Assembly: GCA_030141605.1 (NCBI GenBank)
Contig: JAQGDQ010000085.1
Coordinates: 558,001-622,000 of the forward strand
Direction of reading: 5' to 3'
Origin: Tubiluchus corallicola
Taxonomy: Eukaryota > Animalia > Priapulida
DNA: 64,000 nt
Position 1 is the stretch's first letter; each line of letters opens with the position of its first letter. Below are positions 1-22,038 of this stretch, piece by piece. The translations under genes were made by a program, and so were the position numbers. The notes under the pieces are model-generated. The model made no database searches and was not told where the DNA came from. It saw nothing but the letters and a program-made list of their open reading frames with translations.

Positions 1-273
1 AACGCAAATAAAATCACACACAAGCTAACACGTATTTCATAAATAATGCAGTCGACATCATTTGACTCGAGCACATCACAGTGTAGTATATTTTCATGTA
101 AATCAATCATTTCTTTTGCGAATCTGAGTTTCCCGTCTCAGCATAAGATTTTTGTCTGAGCACAAGTCTTCAGTAACATTGTTATAAAAGACGAAAATGG
201 GTTACAAACAGCAATGTGAACCACGTGATGATTTAAAACACTGTTTGCAAACTAGCTTGTTTCAGATGGTAAG

Positions 274-664
274 TAGTGGTGAGCATCTAAAGTTCGAGTT
301 TGAACGTTCGAATTCGATTCAAACCTAAAATCATAGATCCGAATAATTCAGCACTTCAACAACATGCATTCTCTACAATTAAAATTGTTGGAACAGTATG
401 CAGTTAGCATAATTTAGCTGCAGTTTCTGTGCAAACTTTTTAACAAACCATAAATGGCTTTGCAGCAGAACAAATTGAAGCAATATGTATCATCTTTGTA
501 AGACCACTTTTTACTAGTGGTTCAAAACTTGTTCGAAAATTTTTGAAACTCAATTCGAATTCGATTCGGAATAGAAATACTGAAATTCGGTTGAATTCGA
601 ATTCGAAAGTCAAACAATTCTATTCGATTCAAATTCGCTTTCTGTTAGAGAATGCTCACCCCTA
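274..664. mobile_element. hAT-type MITE
   Basis: TIRs TAGTGGTGAGCAT / ATGCTCACCCCTA, many subterminal TTCGAA/ATTCG repeats, 8-bp TSD ATGGTAAG (266-273) / ACGGTAAG (665-672). Confidence 0.8.
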
Positions 665-1400
665 ACGGTAAGCATTAAGCAATCAAAAAGAAAAGCAATG
701 ATGTTACAATGTGTTTTAGGTGATAAGCACCATGTCATTTGAAAAGCATTTCTCATTGCAGCATATAATCTAGCAACACAGTGATTAAATAGGTTTAACT
801 GATACAGTCAGATATACAATTTTTTGGTATAGGGGATATTAAAGCGATGAGTAATAGTACTGAACAATTAATAAAACCAAGGTATTGATGAATCATTTAA
901 GAATCGATTGTGTTATTAATATCATTTTTTTTAGTGTGAAAGCTTTGTATGCCTATACATTCTTCAAAAATCGAAATGAATGGCTCGGAAAATCACTAAA
1001 CCTCAACTTTGGCAAAAACACTTTGGAGGCACTGATCCTGAAAGATAAAGTGGAGGCTAAAATGGTCCAAAAATACACCATGAATCGGCATTCAAAAGTC
1101 GACAAGCTCGTGAGGCATCCGCAAGTGGAGGATCAGAATGCCATCCTAGTAAGCATAGCCAATGTAGGCCAATTCTGGGCCAGTACTAGCATTATGGCAC
1201 CAGTGAAATTGGTTAGGGTAGGGCAGCCAGAAAGCAGAAAATTTTGCCATTAACTTGACTGTGCCAGGCCAAAACCATCTACATGCTGGCAAGTTACTGG
1301 CCCAATTCTGGCAGATAGTGCTGGCCTAGCAAGGATCTGGTTCCTGTGCCAAAAGTGGCTTTAATTACTAAGGCTGCATTAAATCTAATAGCCAGTTTAC

Positions 1401-1788
1401 CGTTGTACAATTCACTAAAGTCTGATTCAGGCAGTAGTTTTGGAGATCAAGTAGAATTGCATAGAACATCGTAGAATCTTCCGTCGGAATGACTGCCTTA
1501 CCGTCTGGATTGTTCTCGAACATTTGTGCGAGAAGTTTCTATAGCGCGCTATATAAGGCGAGGCAGGCTGCCGGACATGGGGGGATTGCACATATCTAAC
1601 ACGGACTTATACTTGTATATTTACCTTTTCAGATATACTTAAACGTTTTCCAGATTTTCAAGTTTATTGTAATCATTTCACATTCCTTATCTTTGTGTTG
1701 TAGAATTCTTGCTAAATAAAGTAGTTTTATTTTACGACGTGTTTTCTGGTTTTCTCTACGAGCCTTCCGAGAGAAACAAAACACAACA
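1401..1788 (+). mobile_element. Solo-LTR-like element
   Basis: Ends CGTTGT...ACAACA (near TGTTGT...ACAACA), TAGAA/TTCTAG-like motifs, TATA box CTATATAAG ~1549, AATAAA ~1715. No clear TSD. Confidence 0.45.
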
Positions 1789-2045
1789 GCAGTCAGCACT
1801 GGTCCGGTCAGCATGGAACCGGTTAAGGTGCCAGAACTGGCTGTATTAAGACACATTAAAGCCAGATTCAGACAACCTAATTAAGCCAACATTAAACGTT
1901 AATCGGGCCAGTATGCTAACTGCATTGAATTCTAGCTTTGTTCTCAGTACTGTAGTTCTTTGATTACATGATGAGCATTTGACTTAAATATGGAGAGCTA
2001 TCCTGGGACTTGCCAACTTTAACACATAATAAACACCGGATACCC

Positions 2046-2171
2046 TTTGTAGTCTCACAATGCTTTTATTTATTTCAGGTCATCAGCAGCACAGTCTATT
2101 TAGCTGATTAGATGCGTTAGGGCAAAAGCTCATGAAATCTTAAATAAATAAAATTATTGTGAGACTACAAA
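2046..2171. repeat. Foldback/MITE-like inverted repeat
   Basis: TTTGTAGTCTCACAATGCTTTTATTTATTT versus AAATAAATAAAATTATTGTGAGACTACAAA: arms of about 30 bp, nearly perfect. Confidence 0.75.
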
Positions 2172-2589
2172 TTATATTTATCGTTTTATATGTTCAATGA
2201 GCATTCAAGTTCATGTGCCATTCATCATACATTTCAGAAATAGAATGAAGAAAGCTAGCACTGACAGTTAATTAAATTCTAGTCTTATTACTCCAACGTC
2301 GTAAACATATATCCGCACCCACACTGTTTTTATTAAGTTGAATATTGCTTCCACAGGAAGAAAAATAAGATTCTGAATCTTATTGTCTGGGTGAGTTAGG
2401 CGATTAATTTATTAATTGATAATGAAATTATATTAGCAGCAGTCGTTTTTTTGTACATTGGCGTATCAAAATTGTTACATAACAAATTACCATTAACAAC
2501 GTACTGGAATAACCCACAGTCCGTAAAGGTTTACTCGAAAAAGTAATTCATAGAGTTTTTCCAGTGGTGTGGCAAAGAATTTAGCATTA

Positions 2590-3008
2590 AGTGACGTGTT
2601 TTATTCTAGAAGAGTCGTGCCTATTCGTTGTAAGTGTAATGAGTAATGACAGAGTGAGTAGGCCTAATAGACATCGGAATGATGAAATGTTTTCAGTAAT
2701 TTCATAGCTAGAGGCCTCGTTCTTACTGGAAAACATGTGACGTCATCGACCATGTGCGAACTGTAGACACGTCACATCAGTTTCATCGTTGATTGGTTGA
2801 TTTCTGCCAGGGTTGCTCTCAATGTTTATAGAAAGCCGCTGCGGGTTCAGCAAGTTCGACAGTTTGTATGCGTAGCAGTTTTTAGAGTGTGTTGTGCAGA
2901 AAGAGACGGTCTCAACAACAGGGAGTTGTCCCTTTGTTAGGGAGACGCGAGTTCCCCTATGTACATGAAATAACTGGAAGAAAGGGTTGCTCAAAGCATT
3001 TGGGAAAG
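2590..3008 (+). promoter_or_regulatory. Putative distal Mnk promoter and non-coding first exon
   Basis: Perfect CRE TGACGTCA at 2738-2745, CRE half-sites nearby, inverted CCAAT (ATTGG ~2792), local CpG enrichment, donor AAG|GTGTGT at 3008/3009. Confidence 0.45.
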
Positions 3009-6000
3009 GTGTGTATTTATATATTTATGAATGTTTATAAAGCAAAATTGTTGACTTTTGTGCAAGCTGCTGGGCAGAGCTCATTAAAATAATGCTTTAC
3101 TTAACATTGCAGGTTAGCTCTTAACGAAGGTATTATACTGCTAAAATTGCAGGTTTCTTGTAGAAATATAGTAGTATAGTCTCATTGACTACCTGTGGTC
3201 TTGTGGATCATCTTTCCAATCAATATCAACTAACACAATAACACTGCTTTTCACCTGGGAACGATGAAAACACAGCTTTTGACGAATTTCTGTGTCTTTG
3301 CATAAATTGTTCTGAATACATTGACTATAACCGACGAAATATTTTTAAAATCTGTAAAATTATATTTTAGATTTTTTTATTTAGTATGAATTAGAGGTAG
3401 TAACTGAACTGTTTTAATATTTAAATCATTAAACAGTGTTTCATAAACATTTAAATATTAACATTTAATTACCATGTGTGCTTGTAGTAGGATTACTATT
3501 TTAAAAGCTGCACTAATCAATGGTTGCGTCAGTAGAACTTAAGCTTTCGGCAATATTACTTTGATTCGACACCTGTTAAAAATTGTTGTACCACACTTTT
3601 TCCTCTTTTTGATAGGACTGTTTGTCACTGGTTCCTAAATGCTGATCGATAGTTTTCTCATATCGTTTTTTATTACTGCTTCTTATCGTGGATTAGCCTG
3701 GATAGTCGTAAATGCACTTTTCCACCTGGCCTCTCATCTATAGAATTCTCTACCAAAAGTTTTTACCCTAAAAACCACCTCAGGTGAATTTAGAACATCA
3801 ACAGATGCTTTATAATACTAGAGAAATTGGCTTTTTTGTTTTGTTAGACTTGATTTACCGTAAAAAAAGCAGCATTAGATCTAATAACCAATTTGCTGTG
3901 ACGCTGTATGAATGTCTTCCAGTTCTTCTAGTCCTTATCTTATGCTTCTTTATTTTTCTCCTTCCCAATGAAGCTTTTTAAATCCCTTTTTGGATTTTCT
4001 TGTATTCTGTGCTCGCTTGATCTCTTGGTTCAAACATCTAACTATAGTGCTCTAGTAGCAGAAGCATGAAAACTGGTCTGGCAGGAAAGGTTCACCTGTT
4101 TAGAATAATGAATTTCGCGTTCCATTGTACTTCTTCAGCTGCAGGCGAATTCCTAGAATAGTAAACAACGCTCAGCTGCTCTCTGGTCAAACACAGGGTA
4201 AATGATGATGATGATAATAATAATAACAATGTCTATAGATACATAATATGTGTGTGCATTGTGTAGGTACAATAACACATAGAAGCTTCTCATAGTCAAA
4301 GCTTGCAGTGTTTTTAAGTTTATTACCGGTAATTAGGTATTATATATCACGTTGATGAACAGATTTTCGTGGTCGCAAAAATAGCTAGTATGAGCTCGAA
4401 GTAAATTCGCTAGTTATTGCCTCATTCAACTTGTCAAAGTCTGTTTTCCTTCTGTTGCTGCTTTTTTGCCACCTTGATCAGGGCTGGCGTTCCATTGACA
4501 ATAAATCTTCATTGACCAGGGTCACTGTTTTATAGAAACCCAGGGTTAGTTAGTTACTTTACTGGCTTTATGGTAGCCCTCGATTACTTTTTCGTTAGTT
4601 TTTTGTAATGATGAAATATGCTGCCAACCTGCCAATCTAGTTGTTTGCAAAGAAGTAGAACTTGCGGATTTTACAGAGTTTAATCGAAGAGCAACACGAG
4701 AAACAAAACTTACATAAAAAACGTTAATCACTGTAACTGTACTTTTCTTTGCTCAGTGCAATTTAGCCAAAACTTGATGTATCTGAGATAATCTGACAAT
4801 TTCTTTTGACTTCTGAGCATGTTGAGAACAGGGACATGATGAATAATTTGATATATTCGTCAGGTCCCTGGATGGGAACCCGTTATGTTTTTCTAATGGG
4901 TGCAAAGTATTAAAATATCGGCAGTTTCGGAGATGCAGTATTCGATGTTACATACATGTGCAAAGTTCAACTGCACTTACGTATACAAATCAGTAAGATT
5001 TCTTTTGCTATTTTAAATAATGTAGTTCGTTTTTTGCTTTGCACAATTCAAGCAACACTGTTTTTGTCAAATAAGAGTCCTATTGCAACATGGGAATTTT
5101 GGCATTTTGAATGTTTTAAACGTAAAATAAATTTTGTTGGCAAATTAATTTCAACCAACACTTTTTTTATCGAATAATGATACTATTGCAAAGTAAAAAT
5201 ATTTCGACATTTCGATTTTTTGAATATTATAAACTAAAAATATTTCATTCATTTTTGTGAAGTGCAAGATAGTGAGAAGTGTTGTATGTGTAGTGACTTG
5301 AGTTAAATACTAAGAAACGTATTAGCGAATTTGTTTGGCGTTTTGAATGTAATACAGACTTGCGGTTATAGATGCTCAGAGCTGTATTTTCATTTAATGG
5401 TTAGCGAAGCCCGAGTTTGTGGCTGAGTTCCAAAGCGAGATTACATCCAAGGTTAGGGACCCGCAAGCATGTATGTAATTTGGGAACTAAATACCATGTT
5501 GGCTATGTTTAGCCCCACGTTGCATGCGAGTGTGCACAGAGTTCAGTACTGGCTGGCCTCATTTCCGTTGCATAGAAGCCACGTTGCTTCTGTCTACAGA
5601 ATGTCGTAAGCTTTGTTATTACCAGTCGCTCGTCTGATCAATAAACTTGTGATAAGGAAGTAATAAGAGGGTAGGATAAAGCCAGTTAATTGCGTGTGCC
5701 GAATGCTGACTGACGATTATTAAAGCCATGTTGGTACAAATACCTCACATTGCTAGAGGGCAATTGAAATGCCAAAAAATATAAAAAGGTGTCTTTATGT
5801 GGGATATTTGTTCCAACTGATGTTTTTTCGCACTATTAAGAATTTGTAAACTCTCATATGTCCTAAAGTTGTAATACTTTCAAATTGTAAAGCTGTTTTT
5901 AAATATTCCAGTTAGTATTTTTTTACTTTTCGTGTGCAAAATTGTGAATTCATAGGATGGGGTTTACACGCTGTACAATGTGTACAAAACAACTGTACGT

Positions 6001-8439
6001 GTAACTAGACTTAGTAGACTAATAAGATCATTGAGTTGTTTCGCCTGTCAAAATCTCCCCAAATGTGATATGCCAGTATACAGTATGTCCAAATTTGCCT
6101 GGTTGGTCAATCTCGAGTTTACCAGCGTTGCAAGTAAATATAAATACATTTGCTCGGCGACATGAATTTAGTGACTGTGTCTCGGACATCACATCCTTTC
6201 TTCAAATTTTGAATATGACAAATTTCTAGTCCTAGTTTGCGTCACCATCATATGACCCGAGAGTCCTGTAAGCGTTATGCGCATTTCCTCTTTCCGTATC
6301 CCGTTAAAGTGTGTGTAATTTTGAGATGTCTCCTTCCGCTGAGACAAGACGTAAGGCCAAGTACAGTTTATGCCTGATTTGTACTGGGTTTTGCCAGGTA
6401 GCCCTAATAGGCCTATGTTGCCATGTTTTTGTTATATGTTGTGGGTATAGCGTTCTTTATGTGCTAGCGTCTGTTTGTATGACCGTGTACAATTGTGAGA
6501 GTGAAAGTTGTAACCGAATTTTAATACCGCCATGAGCGTACGGTGCACCCTGCCTAATGTCAGTAATAAATTACTGTGACGCTTTCGAAAGAATGGTTCA
6601 CTGTCCATGAACCGACCTCGTTCAAAGCTTGACCTCAATGACCTGTCTTTCTGTGAAGAAAATCTTTCGCTGTCATTGCTTAGCCTTTTGAGTACCGTGT
6701 CATTATTGTACTTCTAGTGTGATCTGAGTTTTTTGGTCTTTGACTAAAGAATGTTCAAACAAAATTTGCAAGTTACAATTTAAACTGATAATTAACTCGT
6801 ACTATCGAAATATTCACGAGCAACAATTTCCGGTTGCATCGGTAACCTTGGCTTGTACAATAAACGAATGGTTTTCATTACGTCTCTCTTAACGGTGAAA
6901 TTTGATTTATTCAAAGTTATATGCTTATGTAGCCTTGTTAATTACAAGTTCAGTGTTGTTTAGTAAACAAATTGTAAATTATGAATAGCAGAGTCAAGCT
7001 CAAGTGTTAATAATATGCGCAGTTTAAGTGCAAACTATTAAATAATTACACACAATCCCATCACACGAATCATTTTGACTATACAGTCATGTACCGAGGG
7101 TTTCTAAGAGGTATTCAGTACAAAAACTGAAAAATAGCAGAAAAACTAGTGTATATATGCATATTTGGTTAGGGGTCTATTAAAAGTTTAAAACTGCTGT
7201 AGATTTGTCACTGTGAAGTGAGGAACCTCATTTTGACGAAATAGATATTAAAGAACCGGGATATCAGTGCTATTTTAATGTTTATCTGTAGAAATTTTAC
7301 TGTAAATTGAATTATTCTTCGAATAAACCATTAAACATACGTTTCAAACATGGGTGGTATGTTGTTAAAATAGTGAAAAAGTGCTCAGTTTTTTAATCAT
7401 TTTGAGTAAATTGCATGTGTGCTATGTAATTCTTAAATTCATGTTTTATGTGCATTCTTGCTGTACTACATGGCAACTCATATAAAGTGTGTAATATTAT
7501 TTGCAAATTCCTTGTATATTTATTGTATTTGGCTTCATGGGATATCCTGTGGTTTCAATCAGATAGGTATCTTAAAATTAGTCCCTCATTTGCTTGAGAA
7601 TTAACGAAATCCAGATGCTGTGATCGTTTGTCTGCGGTCTCTTACTGGTTCTAAAATGTTAATGCGTATCTGAGGAAGTTTTTCACGTAGCTAAGTTGGC
7701 AAACCCCATTATCATGAGGCAAGGGGAATGATTAATTTGGCTTCTTAAGCGCTGTTTGTTCTACTAGTACTTACTTGGCCCGCAGCCAAATTTACCAGTA
7801 TATCATAAACTTCAGCCGATATGTTTGCTTGATCTAAATGTAGACCCATAGTAAACAGTTGGTATTTACAAGTTTGTATTTGTATTTCGGTATTATGATA
7901 CCCAGGGTCGATTAGTCAGCCACTGAAGTGTTTGGTTGGGTGAACAGTTTGTTTTTGCCTGAATCTGTCAAAACTCGTGTTCAGTAATTTCAACTTTCTC
8001 TGTGCGGCTGCTTCAATTATGCGTTATTAGTCGAAACTGACAGAACAACAGGTTGTTTTGATTAAAAGCACCTGGCTTCAAAGATTTCGATTTTTTTGAG
8101 ATGAATTCTTGTCAATGTTTATATACATATCGTCCCTACTCAAGCTTTCTGTATTTCTTCATTCACAACCGCATTGTAGAATTCACAACGGCATGTCTTG
8201 ATTGCACGTCCTAAGTTTTCTGTTTGAGGTGCTAACTAACACCGGTAACTATATCCTTTGCCCATACTTCAGAACTGAAATACAAGGCACCGTACATCAT
8301 AAAATCAACTTTGGTTTAACAGATAGCTTATGCCGTTGCAATCTTGACTACAGTAATGTTTTTAACTGTAAACAAGATTTACTGTATACAGTGAAAATAA
8401 GTTTTATAAACAGTTTGTATTTTCGCTTATTTTCACTTG

Positions 8440-8623
8440 AAAACGCTGGCTGGACACATTGGGCTGGTCAAAAATCAGCGCGCAAATTCAGTGAAGTTTG
8501 ATAGCAATGACGTCACAGTTTACATGCGCGACCGTTATAACTTTTCTTGGGAAACGAATTTTTTGCGCGTGTAGTACCATTAATTTACCAAATTATCAAT
8601 ATCTCTCAACTTGATTTGAGTGG
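8440..8623 (+). promoter_or_regulatory. Putative proximal alternative Mnk promoter and non-coding first exon
   Basis: Perfect CRE TGACGTCA at 8508-8515, GCGCG clusters, strong donor TGG|GTAAGT at 8623/8624. Lies upstream of the acceptor (9525) of the ATG-containing exon. Confidence 0.45.
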
Positions 8624-9590
8624 GTAAGTACGCTTTTGAAGCCAAGTTCGAAAACGAAGCACCGGGCAGTTTTTATCTTCTGTGTGCATTTAAGGTCTAG
8701 GTTCCTTCCTCGTTATATTTTACTAACACCTGCGACGCAAAATATGTTTTGGTGCCACCATGTCAAAGACACCGGGATAAATCCCTATACCAGGGATCAT
8801 GGCCGCTTGGAAGTTTAGAAAAATATTTTCTGCCTGATGTTTGTGCGCAGAGCACGATAGACGGTAGACGATAATAATGCTGTTCAAACTTTGTTGTTGA
8901 CCTAGAAGGATTTTTTGCAGCTTTAAATAGGCCGGTGCCATCTGTGAGTGACGGTGGGGTGTGTATAAATAACTGGCTTTAGTCTAAAGCAAGACGTTGC
9001 ATTGCGTGGGCTGGGTTGCGTGTTAACAAGAAAAATAATAAATAACGTGAGATTTTATGAAAAAAATTCACACCCTCTTACGCTCGCTTAGGACTTCGCC
9101 ATGTTTTATTTACAAACTTGCAAGGTGTGCTTTCATTGCACTGCATGGTTTTGCGACAAATGTTTATAAGGCAGTATTGGCAAGATACGTACCTATAACA
9201 ACGATTTTGGGTGAAGCCAAACCATTCACGAAAAGGCTTAGACTTAGCATTGATTATCGTTTTTTCTACTTTTTTGGTTGACGTTGCTTAGAAGACTACG
9301 CTGTAGTGACAATATTATATCTGTAATAGCATATAGTAGATCAAAACGAGTTTTAATTTTGTGTTTAACCCGAATATGAAGGTTGTGATACATATAATAG
9401 TCTTGTGCTTCTAGGCTAGTTTTATTGTCTTCTAATTAAATGTTGTAAAAAAGCAGTGAAGTCTTCATTTCATGTCATTTGCTTTATACAGTGTTTTTTT
9501 ACTGATGTTTTTATGTTTCTTCCAGTTAGCTGAATGTGCGTTGTTTGCGGTAACGACAAGAACGAGAAGGAGCACAGCACTGAGGCCAAA

Positions 9591-19584
<9,994 letters not shown>

Positions 19585-22032
19585 GTCATTTGTCCTGTCT
19601 TTCAATGAGTGTTTGTAAATATGTGTCTTTGTGTGCATAATGAGCAGTGTTCTTCGTGTGAGTGTTCTATTGGATGGTCATCATTGTAAAAAATCACCAC
19701 TGTTCATTATAAATGGTTGCTACATTAACAAGCTTTATTGTTTTTCTGTTTGACCATAACCTCATTAATGATCTCCCATCTGACTTATGTAACTAGGGAT
19801 GTTCTCTTTGTAATATGGTATGTTTTTACTTTTGTATAATTATATGTCTCAGTTTTATGTGTAAGCAAATCAATTGATAACTAGGGCTGCCATATTTAAA
19901 TGTTAGTTAACCTTATGATATTTGCTTTTATATTGAATTATTAGGATCTGTGAACAAGAGCAAGTGCTTGCTTGCAGAACTGAGATGCCAGTATGTAGAA
20001 TAACTATTTCTGTGTGTGATTGTATGACAAAGTATGCAGGCCTTCCATTTTCGTATTAAGTTGTATTGTGCGCACTGCCCAATGTGCTAGTTGTGTAGTA
20101 ACTTGGTATACATATACATTTTGGTGTAGTAAGCTACTTACTTTTGAGTGGTAAAATTTAGCAGTTATTTTACTAGGAGTATTGTGTATCATCAGCTAGT
20201 CTAATCATGGATATTGTTTTCACCGTCATTCTTGTTTTGCGTTGTTCGTATTAATGAGTGTCTTGCATTGTACATCATTATTTAATTGGGATTACTCAGA
20301 TGGCACCATTATAGTTAACAAGCCTGGGGAATAAGCCATTTCACAGTTCCGGCGATTGGTGATGAAACGGTCAAAGGTTAAGTACCAGACAACACATTTG
20401 TGTACACACAAATGTGACAATGCCTCGCAGCTCATGCTACTGTAGTACCAGTTTTGACAGCTAGCTAGAACCTTACCTAGTTTATTTTTTCTTGTTCCCA
20501 AGCAAGATCCTGCTAGTAAATCGCTGTATACGTATTAAATGCATAAAAGTCCATGTAAAACAACTGAAGTTACAGAACTGATGCGGCAGACGGCTTTTCT
20601 TTGCACATGTCACGTGGCGGTTGTAGTTAAGATGCGTTGCTGTGGTACATTTAACCTTTGACCTGCAGCAACTGCGCATGCGCACAACGAAACTATGAAA
20701 AGGGTTATTACTGCGGTTGCAGCTACATTGTGTAAAAATGTGTATTAGGAATCTGAAAAATGATTGTGTTCATGGCGTTAAAGATGCACGAAATCTTGTA
20801 TGGGCGAATTGTAACATTAGCTTTGAACTTGATTTAATTTTTTGGAAGTAAAGTTGCACTGCCAAGGTTTCGAAAACAACGCCAAGTACTTTTTATAATC
20901 ATTTGTGTCATATGAGTGGCTGAGAAAATAAGGCGTGAGTGTAAGAAATGGATTTTAACTGCGGGAGGATTTATGTGAAATCAAAAGTTTATTATGATTA
21001 TGTTGGTCATCCTGTAGTCTTTATCATTTTTGTTAATGCGAGGCTGGAAATTTTCTTCACGCCCGCTTATTGTATATAGTACTGTGATATATTCTTTTTC
21101 AAATTACGCAACAGTGTGTCTTGCGACATTGTTGACACTAGGGAAACGGGCACATGTCATTTTCCTAGAGTTCTTTTGTACAATGTGTTTTGTTGTTCAG
21201 ATCAATTGCTACAATTGGTTATATTATTTTGTCACTAAATGTTAATGGTGATTTCAATCAGGTCCACTAGTTTTTGAATAGGGTTTCTAAAAAGTTTCAG
21301 TATACGAGTAGTTAATCTGATCCTAAAACAGTCACCTCCAAATGTCTTTCCTCAGAATTTGCATTATATTTTCTTTACTTTGACAAGTTAAACAACTAGC
21401 ATGCATTTTTTGTAATAATGACACACTAGCTCATAGGCTTTTCAATTGTATAAATTTTAATACATGGCTTCTAATATCATCTGGGCCTGTTTTCTAAATT
21501 TCATAAACTGTTTTTGAAATATACATTTTAAATCTAGTGCTCCAGAATTGATGCCTGACGCCTTCAGTCAAAGATTGGTTGGACATTTTTCTCATTTATT
21601 TGTTAAGGGTATTGCAATTATTAATCATGACTTCAAATTAACAAGTTTGTATTTTGTGGTTAATTCAGTTTTGTTTAAAATGTAAATAGTATGTCTTTGT
21701 CTTCAAAAATTTTTACATCCACTGTGACGTGGGGAAATTTTTACTTTGTGCTGTTAACCGAGTCATATTAGTGGTTCAAACACTGGCCTTTTTACGGGGA
21801 ATCGCTGTTGTAAATAGTATGTTATACCAAATTTACTGTGTTAAGCATTTAGCTTTTGTCTCTGTAATGACATTATGGTGCATTATCTAAGTTGCACATA
21901 CCGGTTTATATTAGATTAACATAAGTTTAATTGTTGATAGTTAACGGTATGCGGTTCCTGCTGGATTATCAAGGTAAAGTGCCGTTTAATCATGTTTAAA
22001 TCGTTATTAAAATCTAATGCATATTTTTTACG

Positions 22033-22038
22033 AATAAA
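22033..22038 (+). terminator. Probable Mnk polyadenylation signal
   Basis: First AATAAA I found after the Mnk stop codon. It is followed by GT/T-rich sequence, and strand composition changes from T-rich to A-rich shortly afterwards. Confidence 0.5.

Noticed and set aside
885-1253. 122-aa ORF
   Set aside because: Non-ATG start in the track, no recognisable motifs or splice structure, and it overlaps repeat-like GGCCA-rich sequence.
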